DNA from: Escherichia phage SUT_E420
Direction: 5' to 3' (one strand)
DNA length: 64,000 nucleotides
Sequence record: OQ990039
The position numbers were made by a program, and so were the translations under genes. The notes below the pieces were generated by a model. It was not told the origin of the DNA. It saw only the letters and a program-made list of their open reading frames with translations, and did not search any database. Of the stretch, positions 26,231 to 35,477 are shown piece after piece. Positions within the stretch are counted from its first letter, which is position 1, and every line of letters starts with the position of its first letter.

Positions 26231-27700
26231 ACCTTGTTTAACGTGCAAGCTGTAGTGTTGAAGATGCTTCTAGCTTCCGAACAGAAGCAAATAGCATTGG
26301 AAACATTCTCAAAACTGCATAAAGATCATTTTAATGACGCTTTCTCCTCAATTTACCAAGCCGTCCAGAATTATTATAAAAAATATAACACAATGCCGTC
26401 CATTGACGCACTTATGCTTGAAGCTAATAGGAACGCCCGCCTTTCTCAAGCCCTAGTCGTCTTAGCTAACACTCAAATTCCAGAAGTGAGCATGGAACAG
26501 GCACTTGAAGTCCTAGAGGCCGAGTATACACAGGATTTATTCCTGAAGCTTCTAGAAACAGACGTGCTTCAAGATTTAACAATGCTGGATCAGGGAGAAA
26601 TTCTCAACCGAGTTGCCTCCCTTCACTTAAAATTAGAAGAGAAAGTAACGAATACTGGAAAAGTATTCAACGCAGATAACATGCGTATTTTCCAGAGAGA
26701 AGAAGATACCAAACTGAACTTAATCGCTCTTGGTATTTGTAATGAGTTCGATGCTCAAATTGGTTTAGCTCGCACAGAAACGTTACTGCTTGGTGGTTGG
26801 CGTGGTACTGGTAAATCCATTATCTGTTCAAACATACAGGTTCAGCAATATTTGAATGGAGATATTGCTCCATACTTCTCAATTGAGATGAAAGAACATG
26901 AAGTATTTAGACGTAATCTAGCCATGTTAGCCGGGGTATCAGCACTAGCAATGCGTAATAATACTCTAGAAGGTGCAGCTCTATTGAGATTAGCCAGAAC
27001 TAGAGCTAGAATGTTCAACGGGGGTGAAGAGCTTTTCGATAACTTCGTTAAACAGTATACAATGGCTAAGATGAGTGATTTCTACGATATGGAGAGTAAG
27101 CTAATAGAGGGGTATGAACTACATACTCCTATGATTATCGTTTATGACCCTGAACTGTCCATTACAACAGTTGACGTAGAATTAAATAAATTAGTTGCTA
27201 GATATGGTGATAAAGTTACAGTAGCTTTACTGGACTATATTAACCAAACCCGACTTCCAGATTCTAAAACCATTGATATGTATGACTGGAAGGAACAGAT
27301 GGTTGTTAGCTCGTCTTTCAAATCCATCTGCCAGAAACATAACGTGGCTGGCGTAGCTCCCTACCAGATCGATCAAGATGGTAGAACACGTATGTCAAAG
27401 GGGATTCTTGATTCCGCAGACATGGCTGCTAATCTTAATGCTGCTAAAGCTGATAATGGTCAAGGTGCTATTATGTTTGACTTTGTTAAGACTCGTTCTT
27501 CTGATAGCGTGAAGTTTATGCCTAAAATGAATTGGGAAACTCTGCGAATGGATAATACTACCAACCTAGCAATGGAAGATATATCTCAAATGGAAGCTGA
27601 GTTCGTTATCCCTATTGAGAAGGATAAGCCGGCTCAACCTAAACGTGCTAAGAAAGACAAAACTGAAAATTCAACAGGTGAACAGGCCAGCGATATATGA
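26231..27700 (+). CDS. Replicative helicase-like ATPase (RecA-fold, DnaB-like)
   Basis: Walker A GGWRGTGKS, Walker B-like IIVYDPE. Start uncertain: the track ATG at 26177 lies in the terminator loop, so 26231 (or TTG 26237) is preferred. Confidence 0.6.
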   Translation, partial: TLFNVQAVVLKMLLASEQKQIALETFSKLHKDHFNDAFSSIYQAVQNYYKKYNTMPSIDALMLEANRNARLSQALVVLANTQIPEVSMEQALEVLEAEYTQDLFLKLLETDVLQDLTMLDQGEILNRVASLHLKLEEKVTNTGKVFNADNMRIFQREEDTKLNLIALGICNEFDAQIGLARTETLLLGGWRGTGKSIICSNIQVQQYLNGDIAPYFSIEMKEHEVFRRNLAMLAGVSALAMRNNTLEGAALLRLARTRARMFNGGEELFDNFVKQYTMAKMSDFYDMESKLIEGYELHTPMIIVYDPELSITTVDVELNKLVARYGDKVTVALLDYINQTRLPDSKTIDMYDWKEQMVVSSSFKSICQKHNVAGVAPYQIDQDGRTRMSKGILDSADMAANLNAAKADNGQGAIMFDFVKTRSSDSVKFMPKMNWETLRMDNTTNLAMEDISQMEAEFVIPIEKDKPAQPKRAKKDKTENSTGEQASDI

Positions 27701-28587
27701 GTAGAATAACAGAACTACTTGATCTGAAAGGCATTGAATATAAAGACACAGGTGGGGACATCCTCATCTGTTGTCTCAATCCAGATCATGACGATAAACA
27801 CCCAAGTTTGCGTATTGATCCTGAAACAGGTATTATGCACTGCTTGAGTTGTGGCTTCGGTAAAGGTATACCGAGCATTTACCATTATTTTAATGAGACT
27901 CAGTACCGACAGTCTCCAAGACTATCGCAGGTACGTAAAAAGATTTCAGAGATTAGGAATGGATCTACAAATCTTGCAATTCCTGAATCTGCTTACCTTT
28001 TCGAAGGTGATTTCCGAGGTATAAGTTCTAAGACCTTGAAGAAATACTTTGCTTTCCAACACCAAGCAGACTGGGAAGGCAGAATTGTATTCCCAATCAC
28101 AGATGCTGTTGGACGCAATATCCTATTTTTGGGTCGTTCTATAAACAGTTCTGCCCCTCCTAAATACTTAGTAAAACCAAAACAAGTTTCACCACCGATT
28201 TTCCCTGTACGATATAATACTCCAGTTCTTATTCTAGTTGAAGGTATCTTTGATATGCTGAACCTAGAGGATAATGGTATAGACTATGCTTCTTGCTGCT
28301 TTGGTACACATCAGTTTACTTCAGATAACATTGCAGATAAGTTTAGCCCTTATATTATTGCTGGTGTAAAAGTTGTTGTTATCTTACTAGATAATGATGC
28401 TTCTGGTAATAAAGCTGCACAAGCGTTGGCCAAGCTAATTCGTACAAAAACGCGTTTAACACCTGTAGTGGCTAACTTTCTTCTACCCGAAGGTAAAGAC
28501 CCTGGTGACTTAAATAAAGAAGAAATTGATATGTTAGCAAAACGTATTGAAATTTTAGTTGCTGAATCGCTTAAAGATTTGGTATAA
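27697..28587 (+). CDS. DNA primase (DnaG-like, zinc-binding + TOPRIM)
   Basis: 296 aa; zinc motif CCLNPDHDDKHPS...CLSCGFG and TOPRIM acidic motif ILVEGIFDMLNLEDNG. Confidence 0.8.
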   Translation: MSRITELLDLKGIEYKDTGGDILICCLNPDHDDKHPSLRIDPETGIMHCLSCGFGKGIPSIYHYFNETQYRQSPRLSQVRKKISEIRNGSTNLAIPESAYLFEGDFRGISSKTLKKYFAFQHQADWEGRIVFPITDAVGRNILFLGRSINSSAPPKYLVKPKQVSPPIFPVRYNTPVLILVEGIFDMLNLEDNGIDYASCCFGTHQFTSDNIADKFSPYIIAGVKVVVILLDNDASGNKAAQALAKLIRTKTRLTPVVANFLLPEGKDPGDLNKEEIDMLAKRIEILVAESLKDLV

Positions 28588-28591
28588 TATA

Positions 28592-28636
28592 TTGGTAAGT
28601 TAGAGAAGAAACACTGAAGTTATACTTACTTACCAA
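28592..28636 (+). promoter_or_regulatory. 5'-UTR stem-loop adjacent to the DNA polymerase RBS (candidate translational operator)
   Basis: Perfect 9-bp inverted repeat TTGGTAAGT (28592-28600) / ACTTACCAA (28628-28636) with 27-nt loop, ending 1 nt before the SD GAGGAG. Confidence 0.4.
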
Positions 28637-28649
28637 GAGGAGATTAAAT

Positions 28650-30842
28650 TTGAAAATCGCAGTAGTTGATAAAGCTCTAAATAACACTCGTTACGATAAA
28701 CATTTCCAGCTATACGGCGAGGAAGTTGATGTATTTCATATGTGTAACGAGAAGTTATCTGGTCGTTTGCTTAAAAAGCACATTACTATTGGAACACCAG
28801 AAAATCCATTTGATCCGAATGATTACGATTTTGTTATACTAGTAGGTGCTGAACCTTTCCTGTATTTCGCAGGTAAGAAAGGCATTGGTGACTATACTGG
28901 TAAACGTGTAGAATATAATGGATATGCTAACTGGATTGCAAGTATCAGCCCAGCCCAGTTACACTTTAAGCCTGAAATGAAACCAGTTTTCGATGCAACA
29001 GTAGAGAATATCCACGATATTATCAATGGTCGTGAAAAGATTGCAAAAGCTGGTGATTACCGTCCTATTACTGACCCTGATGAGGCGGAAGAATATATCA
29101 AGATGGTGTATAATATGGTTATCGGACCTGTCGCATTCGACTCCGAAACCTCAGCACTATACTGTCGAGATGGTTATCTGCTTGGTGTTTCTATATCTCA
29201 CCAAGAGTATCAGGGTGTATATATCGATTCTGATTGTCTCACAGAGGTTGCAGTATATTATCTCCAGAAAATTCTGGATAGTGAAAACCACACTATTGTT
29301 TTTCACAACTTGAAGTTTGATATGCACTTTTATAAGTACCATCTGGGACTTACTTTTGATAAAGCACATAAAGAACGCAGGCTCCATGATACAATGTTGC
29401 AGCATTATGTTCTAGATGAGCGTCGTGGTACTCATGGCTTGAAATCTCTAGCAATGAAGTATACCGATATGGGTGACTATGACTTTGAACTAGATAAGTT
29501 CAAAGATGATTACTGCAAAGCACATAAAATCAAGAAAGAAGATTTCACCTATGATTTAATTCCGTTTGATATTATGTGGCCTTACGCTGCAAAAGATACC
29601 GATGCCACCATACGCTTGCACAACTTCTTCTTACCAAAAATTGAGAAGAATGAAAAACTTTGCAGTCTGTATTATGATGTTCTAATGCCTGGTTGTGTAT
29701 TTCTCCAGCGTGTTGAGGATCGTGGTGTACCNNNNNNNNNNNNNNNNNNNNNNNNNNNNNNNNNNNNNNNNNNNNNNNNNNNNNNNNNNNNNNNNNNNNN
29801 NNNNNNNNNNNNNNNNNNNNNNNNNNNNNNNGGGTATCGTGTAATCGCATGGGACTTAACAACTGCGGAAGTTTATTATGCTGCTGTTCTATCTGGGGAT
29901 AGAAATATGCAACAGGTATTTATCAATATGAGAAATGAACCTGATAAATACCCGGACTTCCACTCTAACATCGCACACATGGTATTTAAACTCCAATGCG
30001 AGCCTCGTGATGTTAAAAAGTTATTCCCAGCTCTGCGTCAGGCTGCTAAGGCAATTACCTTCGGTATTTTGTATGGTTCTGGCCCAGCTAAAGTAGCTCA
30101 TTCTGTTAACGAAGCTCTTCTGGAACAGGCTGCTAAGACAGGAGAACCGTTTGTTGAATGTACTGTTGCGGATGCGAAGGACTATATCGAAACTTACTTC
30201 GGTCAGTTCCCACAGCTTAAGCGTTGGATTGATAAGTGCCACGATCAGATTAAGAATCATGGATTTATCTATAGTCACTTTGGTCGTAAGCGTCGTCTGC
30301 ACAATATCCACTCCGAAGACCGTGGTGTTCAGGGTGAAGAAATTCGTTCTGGATTTAACGCAATCATTCAGTCTGCTTCCTCTGATAGCCTCCTTTTAGG
30401 TGCTGTAGATGCAGATAATGAGATCATTTCTCTTGGCCTAGAACAAGAGATGAAGATTGTTATGCTGGTTCATGACTCCGTGGTTGCTATTGTTCGTGAG
30501 GATTTGATCGACCAATACAATGAAATCCTGATTCGTAATATTCAGAAAGACCGTGGTATCAGTATTCCTGGCTGTCCGATTGGTATTGATTCAGATTCTG
30601 AAGCTGGAGGTTCTCGTGACTATTCTTGTGGTAAGATGAAGAAACAGCACCCATCAATCGCTTGTATTGATGATGATGAATATACTCGTTATGTCAAGAG
30701 TGTATTACTTGATGCAGAGTTCGAGTATAAGAAACTAGCTGCAATGGATAAAGAGCATCCAGATCATAGCAAATACAAGGATGATAAGTTTATTGCTGTA
30801 TGTAAAGATTTGGATAACGTAAGAAGGATTCTCGGTGCTTGA
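28650..30842 (+). CDS. DNA polymerase, family A with 3'-5' exonuclease domain (interrupted by an assembly gap)
   Basis: TTG start after AGAGGAG SD. Exo motif FDSETSALY, Pol motif B RQAAKAITFGILYGSG, motif C LVHDSV. Gap 29732-29831 has no flanking duplication. Confidence 0.9.
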   Translation: MKIAVVDKALNNTRYDKHFQLYGEEVDVFHMCNEKLSGRLLKKHITIGTPENPFDPNDYDFVILVGAEPFLYFAGKKGIGDYTGKRVEYNGYANWIASISPAQLHFKPEMKPVFDATVENIHDIINGREKIAKAGDYRPITDPDEAEEYIKMVYNMVIGPVAFDSETSALYCRDGYLLGVSISHQEYQGVYIDSDCLTEVAVYYLQKILDSENHTIVFHNLKFDMHFYKYHLGLTFDKAHKERRLHDTMLQHYVLDERRGTHGLKSLAMKYTDMGDYDFELDKFKDDYCKAHKIKKEDFTYDLIPFDIMWPYAAKDTDATIRLHNFFLPKIEKNEKLCSLYYDVLMPGCVFLQRVEDRGVXXXXXXXXXXXXXXXXXXXXXXXXXXXXXXXXXXGYRVIAWDLTTAEVYYAAVLSGDRNMQQVFINMRNEPDKYPDFHSNIAHMVFKLQCEPRDVKKLFPALRQAAKAITFGILYGSGPAKVAHSVNEALLEQAAKTGEPFVECTVADAKDYIETYFGQFPQLKRWIDKCHDQIKNHGFIYSHFGRKRRLHNIHSEDRGVQGEEIRSGFNAIIQSASSDSLLLGAVDADNEIISLGLEQEMKIVMLVHDSVVAIVREDLIDQYNEILIRNIQKDRGISIPGCPIGIDSDSEAGGSRDYSCGKMKKQHPSIACIDDDEYTRYVKSVLLDAEFEYKKLAAMDKEHPDHSKYKDDKFIAVCKDLDNVRRILGA
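29732..29831. other. Assembly gap (100 N) without flanking duplication, inside the polymerase gene
   Basis: No repeated flank; likely conceals real polymerase sequence. Confidence 0.95.
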
Positions 30843-31332
30843 TTTCAAATTGCCCGTCTATACGTTACGGGCGTTTGTATCAATTGAGCAAGAAGGTGAT
30901 TATTCCGTAATTACAACAAGATATAATAAATATGTGCTAGATAACAGGAAGTTGCCTGGCACGTTTTCTCAACGTAGGCTCATTCTATTTGAGAAACGGA
31001 AAGAATTACCGTACAAGCTCTATCCTATTAGAGGTAGAATATCAATGTTGTCCCAATTAGTTGGGTCAAAGCGTAGCCAATTTATAGATTCTGATGGAAA
31101 TCTTATTAATTGGAAGAAAACTACGTTCTATGATGTTGTTACCTCTAAAGTTTTGAATTCAGCTAGAATTTATAACGGAAAATACCAATGCTATGTAGCT
31201 AAAGTTCCATACCCATTTGTATTATCCTATGTTCCAGCTTATATAAGCTATATTCTGGTAAATAATAGCCCTGTTATTTATCAAGTCCATCAAGAGGAGC
31301 CTGAAATTCCTAGACTTAGAATAAAATTATGA
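30835..31332 (+). CDS. Hypothetical protein
   Basis: 165-aa ORF with GTG start overlapping the polymerase stop. Confidence 0.4.
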   Translation: MLDFKLPVYTLRAFVSIEQEGDYSVITTRYNKYVLDNRKLPGTFSQRRLILFEKRKELPYKLYPIRGRISMLSQLVGSKRSQFIDSDGNLINWKKTTFYDVVTSKVLNSARIYNGKYQCYVAKVPYPFVLSYVPAYISYILVNNSPVIYQVHQEEPEIPRLRIKL

Positions 31333-32681
31333 AGGTTGTTATATCTAATAAAGCCTATTTCAAGCCCGATGATGAACTTTGGGATTATTGTAGTAAGCAA
31401 ACCACTTATCACATAGAGACAATGACTAGTAAATACCCTATTATGTATAAGAATAGTGGTGTTGTTGCTAAAGAGATTAAGTGGATTCCTATCACGCGTC
31501 TGGATTTATTAGATGCTAAAGGAGTAAAATACGAATTAGTAGATAAACGTACATTAGCTCCGGTAGATATACCAAAACCTAAGTTCAAGCTGCGTGAAGA
31601 AGACCAGCTCCCAATATATGAAGAGTGCGATGATACCTGTATTATTAATGGTAAGCCTGGGTTTGGTAAAACTATCCTAGCCCTTGCACTTGCGTATAAA
31701 TTTGGCCAGAAAACTTTGGTAATCTGTACGAATACATCCATTCGTGAAATGTGGGCAGCAGAAGTTCGTAAATGGTTTGGGTTTGAACCGGGCATTATAG
31801 GTTCTGGGAAATACAATATTGATCCACCAATTGTAGTCAGTAATATTCAAACAGTGAATAAACATGCGAATAATCTTTCTAAAGTATTCGGTACTGTTAT
31901 AGTTGATGAAGTTCACCATTGTGTGGCTACAACTTTCACCAACTTCCTAGAAATATCATGTGCTCGCTATAAGATTGGACTATCTGGAACATTAAAACGG
32001 AAAGATGGTCTACAAGTTATGTTCAAAGATTTCTTTGGATATAAGATCTTTAGCCCACCGGTTAATAATACTGTTGCACCTACAATCCATAGGTACTCCG
32101 TGCCTGTTGAGTTATCAGGAAACCAAAACGTACCATGGGCATTACGTGCTAATGATGTGTATAACCATCCTGAATATCGAGAGACTATTATAAACTTAGC
32201 ACACTTATACGTGAATATGGGGCATAAAGTACTCATTGTAAGTGACAGAACAGAGTTAATCCAAACAGTACTAGAAGCTCTCGCACAGCGTGGTGTTACA
32301 ACATATGAAATTATAGGGGCAACCCACTTGGATGACCGATTAAAAATTCAGGAAAATATAGCAAAAGGTGGGCCTTGTGTACTTGCAGCAGCTCAAAGTA
32401 TCTTCTCTGAAGGTATTTCCCTTAATGAGCTATCTTGTTTAATAATGGGGAGTCTCATTAATAATGAATCTCTCATTGAACAGCTTGCAGGACGTGTTCA
32501 ACGTATTGTCGATGGTAAACTCGACCCTATTGTTGTAGATCTAATTATGAAAGGTGGCACTGGACTAAGACAGGCTTCTGGACGTATGGCAGTATATCGT
32601 AACAACGGGTGGAAAACTATTACCATGACTCCTGAGAAAGCAGTTCAATTAGCTAAAATTGCATTTGGCAACAGCTCATAA
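31329..32681 (+). CDS. SF2 DNA helicase (DEAH-type)
   Basis: 450 aa; Walker A NGKPGFGKT and Walker B VIVDEVHH, plus a C-terminal helicase domain. Confidence 0.75.
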   Translation: MKVVISNKAYFKPDDELWDYCSKQTTYHIETMTSKYPIMYKNSGVVAKEIKWIPITRLDLLDAKGVKYELVDKRTLAPVDIPKPKFKLREEDQLPIYEECDDTCIINGKPGFGKTILALALAYKFGQKTLVICTNTSIREMWAAEVRKWFGFEPGIIGSGKYNIDPPIVVSNIQTVNKHANNLSKVFGTVIVDEVHHCVATTFTNFLEISCARYKIGLSGTLKRKDGLQVMFKDFFGYKIFSPPVNNTVAPTIHRYSVPVELSGNQNVPWALRANDVYNHPEYRETIINLAHLYVNMGHKVLIVSDRTELIQTVLEALAQRGVTTYEIIGATHLDDRLKIQENIAKGGPCVLAAAQSIFSEGISLNELSCLIMGSLINNESLIEQLAGRVQRIVDGKLDPIVVDLIMKGGTGLRQASGRMAVYRNNGWKTITMTPEKAVQLAKIAFGNSS

Positions 32682-32764
32682 ATGATGTATAATATATACA
32701 TAAATTTGAGAGAGAAAGTTTCGGATTGATAAGAAAGTCCGAAGCAGAAAAATAAAAATTTTAG

Positions 32765-32794
32765 TTGCTAAATTCTCTCGAAATCTAGTATAAT
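32765..32794 (+). promoter_or_regulatory. T5-type early promoter
   Basis: -35 TTGCTA (32765-32770), 18-nt spacer, -10 TATAAT (32789-32794). A second TATAAT lies at 32688-32693. Confidence 0.45.
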
Positions 32795-33178
32795 ATATAC
32801 ATAAATTCGAGGAGAAAACAAAAATTAAATTCTTCGATTATGAAAAGCTATACTTACTAGCTAGAGGAAATTCCGACCTAATTATCAAGCTATTCAAAAG
32901 AATGCTTACAGAGCCTGATGCTCATCAATTATTGGTCGGTTCCTCATTCATTTTGAATGAATCAACAATAGTTGATAATCCAAATAAATTGTCTAATAGA
33001 CAACTGGCAGAATATCTAGGAATTTTAAGTCTACGAAATTATGCCGAATACAAGTTTACAAACGATCCTAGTTTGGACATACAATATGTTCCAGTATGGA
33101 TACCACGTTTAGTAATCGACACTAACCCACTAATCGCAATTAACAAATCGAAATTAATCTTTAAAGAGGAAATAAAAT

Positions 33179-33952
33179 ATGGCTAAGTCTTGGGGCGAAA
33201 CTACTGGCGGTTCTAACGATAAAATCGAATTCCTGAAGTTCAACAACGGTATCACTCGTGTTCGTATCGTTTCTGGTGTTCTTCCACGTTATGTCTATTG
33301 GCTGACTAATAAAGAGGGTAACGTAGCTCCTTTCGAATGTCTCCGTTTTAACCGTGACAAAGAGAGCTTTGTTCGTGGTAAAGCTGATCCGGTTCATGAG
33401 ATGGGCTTCTTCGAGAAAGAGCTGGATAAAGATGGTAATCGTGTTCCGCTGAAACCGAAGAAAAACTATATCGCTTTTGTTATCGACCGTTCTGATAACA
33501 AACTGAAAGTAATGGAAGTCAAGGCTACTATTCTGAAAGGCATCCAGTCTATCATGAAGCAGCTGAGCCTGGCAACTCCGTTTGATATTGATATTTCTAT
33601 CGAGAAAAAAGGTAAAGGTTTCGATACTGAGTATGATGTACAGCAGATTGCTGCTATGCAGTTCCAGATTAAGCTGCAAGATCCTAACAGTGCAGAATCT
33701 AAGCAATATGCTGCAGATGTAGATCTGATCGGTGAAGCTATGTGTGATGAAGATGGCGACATCATTAAGTTCGAAAAAGTTCCTTCTCTGGAACAAACCT
33801 ATCCGGTTCCTACCTATGAAGAGCAGAAAGAAGCAATTCTAGCCTTCATGGAAGGTCGTGAGAATAAAGATGATGATGCCAAATCTGGTAATAGCAATGC
33901 AGGCTCCCAGAAAGGTATTGACACAGAAGCTGCAAGCGATCTGGATGACTAA
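33179..33952 (+). CDS. Putative ssDNA-binding protein with acidic C-terminal tail
   Basis: 257 aa; host-optimal codons; acidic C-terminus (DDDAKSG...ASDLDD) reminiscent of SSB tails. Assignment is inference. Confidence 0.45.
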   Translation: MAKSWGETTGGSNDKIEFLKFNNGITRVRIVSGVLPRYVYWLTNKEGNVAPFECLRFNRDKESFVRGKADPVHEMGFFEKELDKDGNRVPLKPKKNYIAFVIDRSDNKLKVMEVKATILKGIQSIMKQLSLATPFDIDISIEKKGKGFDTEYDVQQIAAMQFQIKLQDPNSAESKQYAADVDLIGEAMCDEDGDIIKFEKVPSLEQTYPVPTYEEQKEAILAFMEGRENKDDDAKSGNSNAGSQKGIDTEAASDLDD

Positions 33953-33959
33953 TAAATAG

Positions 33960-33975
33960 AGGGGCTTCGGCCCCT
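33960..33975 (+). terminator. GC hairpin terminator (AGGGGC-TTCG-GCCCCT)
   Basis: Duplicated at 34139-34154 by the assembly artifact. Confidence 0.45.
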
Positions 33976-33977
33976 TT

Positions 33978-34077
33978 NNNNNNNNNNNNNNNNNNNNNNN
34001 NNNNNNNNNNNNNNNNNNNNNNNNNNNNNNNNNNNNNNNNNNNNNNNNNNNNNNNNNNNNNNNNNNNNNNNNNNNNN
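33978..34077. other. Assembly gap (100 N) flanked by identical 77-bp copies
   Basis: 77-bp flank (33901-33977) repeated exactly at 34078-34154. Confidence 0.95.
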
Positions 34078-34165
34078 AGGCTCCCAGAAAGGTATTGACA
34101 CAGAAGCTGCAAGCGATCTGGATGACTAATAAATAGAGGGGCTTCGGCCCCTTTCTTTTTAACCA

Positions 34166-35320
34166 ATGAGAATATTATTTAGTGCTGATCATCATATCAA
34201 ACTAGGACAAGATAAAGTTCCAAAGGAATGGCAGAAGCGTCGCTTCCTGATGCTAGGAGAACGGTTAAATGATATATTCCATAATCATAACTGTGATCTT
34301 CATATTGCTGGTGGTGATATACTTGATGTTGCCGACCCGTCGTCAGAAGAAATAGAACTGCTTGAACAGTTCATGTCAAGACTTGACCATCCAGGCAAAA
34401 TCTTTACTGGAAATCATGAAATGTTAACGAAAACCATTTCATGTCTATATCATTATGCAGGAGTTATTAATAAAGTAACGAGTGGTAAGTGGGAAGTAAT
34501 TACCAAACCATATCGTTCCCCTGAATTTGATATTGTTCCATATGACGAAATCCATAAATCTAAGTGGAAACCATCTGAATCAAAACTATGTTTCACGCAT
34601 GTTCGTGGTGAAATCCCTCCACATGTAAAACCAGANNNNNNNNNNNNNNNNNNNNNNNNNNNNNNNNNNNNNNNNNNNNNNNNNNNNNNNNNNNNNNNNN
34701 NNNNNNNNNNNNNNNNNNNNNNNNNNNNNNNNNNNTCTAAGTGGAAACCATCTGAATCAAAACTATGTTTCACGCATGTTCGTGGTGAAATCCCTCCACA
34801 TGTAAAACCAGAAATTGATCTAACTAAGTACAACTGTTATGATACTGTAATTGCTGGCGATTTACATTCTTATACTAATAGCCAGACTATCGGATCTACT
34901 AGACTCCTCTACCCAGGGTCTCCATTAACTACATCGTTCCATAGAGAACGCACAAAAGGTACAAATGGTTGCTTTATCGTTGATACCGACACATTAAAAG
35001 TAGAATGGATTGAACTCGGTGATTTACCACAACTGATTCGTAAAACAATCGGAGCTGGTGAAGAGATGGAACCTAGTGATTATGATCGTGTAGTCTATGA
35101 AGTTACTGGTGACGTTGTTCAATTAAAGTCTATCAAAGACTCTGATTTATTAGATAAGAAGATTAACCATCGAGTTACTAAAGACGCTAAGTTAAATCTT
35201 GTTGATCTTGATATGTTAGGCGAACTTGAACTTTACTTCCGTGAAGTTGAGAAGCTATCTCAAGGCGACATTGATAGAATCTTGGCTAGAGCTGCGAAAT
35301 ATGTCAAAGATTACAATTAA
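34166..35320 (+). CDS. sbcD: SbcD/Mre11-like nuclease (calcineurin-like phosphoesterase)
   Basis: N-terminal MRILFSADHHI metallophosphatase motif I. Contains artifact gap 34636-34735 with duplicated flank; true protein about 59 aa shorter. Confidence 0.85.
   Translation: MRILFSADHHIKLGQDKVPKEWQKRRFLMLGERLNDIFHNHNCDLHIAGGDILDVADPSSEEIELLEQFMSRLDHPGKIFTGNHEMLTKTISCLYHYAGVINKVTSGKWEVITKPYRSPEFDIVPYDEIHKSKWKPSESKLCFTHVRGEIPPHVKPXXXXXXXXXXXXXXXXXXXXXXXXXXXXXXXXXXSKWKPSESKLCFTHVRGEIPPHVKPEIDLTKYNCYDTVIAGDLHSYTNSQTIGSTRLLYPGSPLTTSFHRERTKGTNGCFIVDTDTLKVEWIELGDLPQLIRKTIGAGEEMEPSDYDRVVYEVTGDVVQLKSIKDSDLLDKKINHRVTKDAKLNLVDLDMLGELELYFREVEKLSQGDIDRILARAAKYVKDYN
34636..34735. other. Assembly gap (100 N) flanked by identical 77-bp copies
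   Basis: Exact 77-bp duplication either side. Confidence 0.95.
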
Positions 35321-35372
35321 GACACTAAAATTTAGTAACGTTATGTCTTACGGTAAGGACATCGTAATTCAT

Positions 35373-35472
35373 NNNNNNNNNNNNNNNNNNNNNNNNNNNN
35401 NNNNNNNNNNNNNNNNNNNNNNNNNNNNNNNNNNNNNNNNNNNNNNNNNNNNNNNNNNNNNNNNNNNNNNNN
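35373..35472. other. Assembly gap (100 N) flanked by identical 77-bp copies
   Basis: Exact 77-bp duplication either side; duplicates the sbcD stop / sbcC start junction. Confidence 0.95.
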
Positions 35473-35477
35473 GAAAT

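Noticed and set aside
35299-35477. Apparent duplication of the sbcD-end/sbcC-start junction, and similar 77-bp direct repeats elsewhere, as possible att sites or mobile-element boundaries
   Set aside because: All such repeats are exactly 77 bp and sit immediately either side of a 100-N run. This is the signature of unmerged assembly overlaps, not biological repeats.
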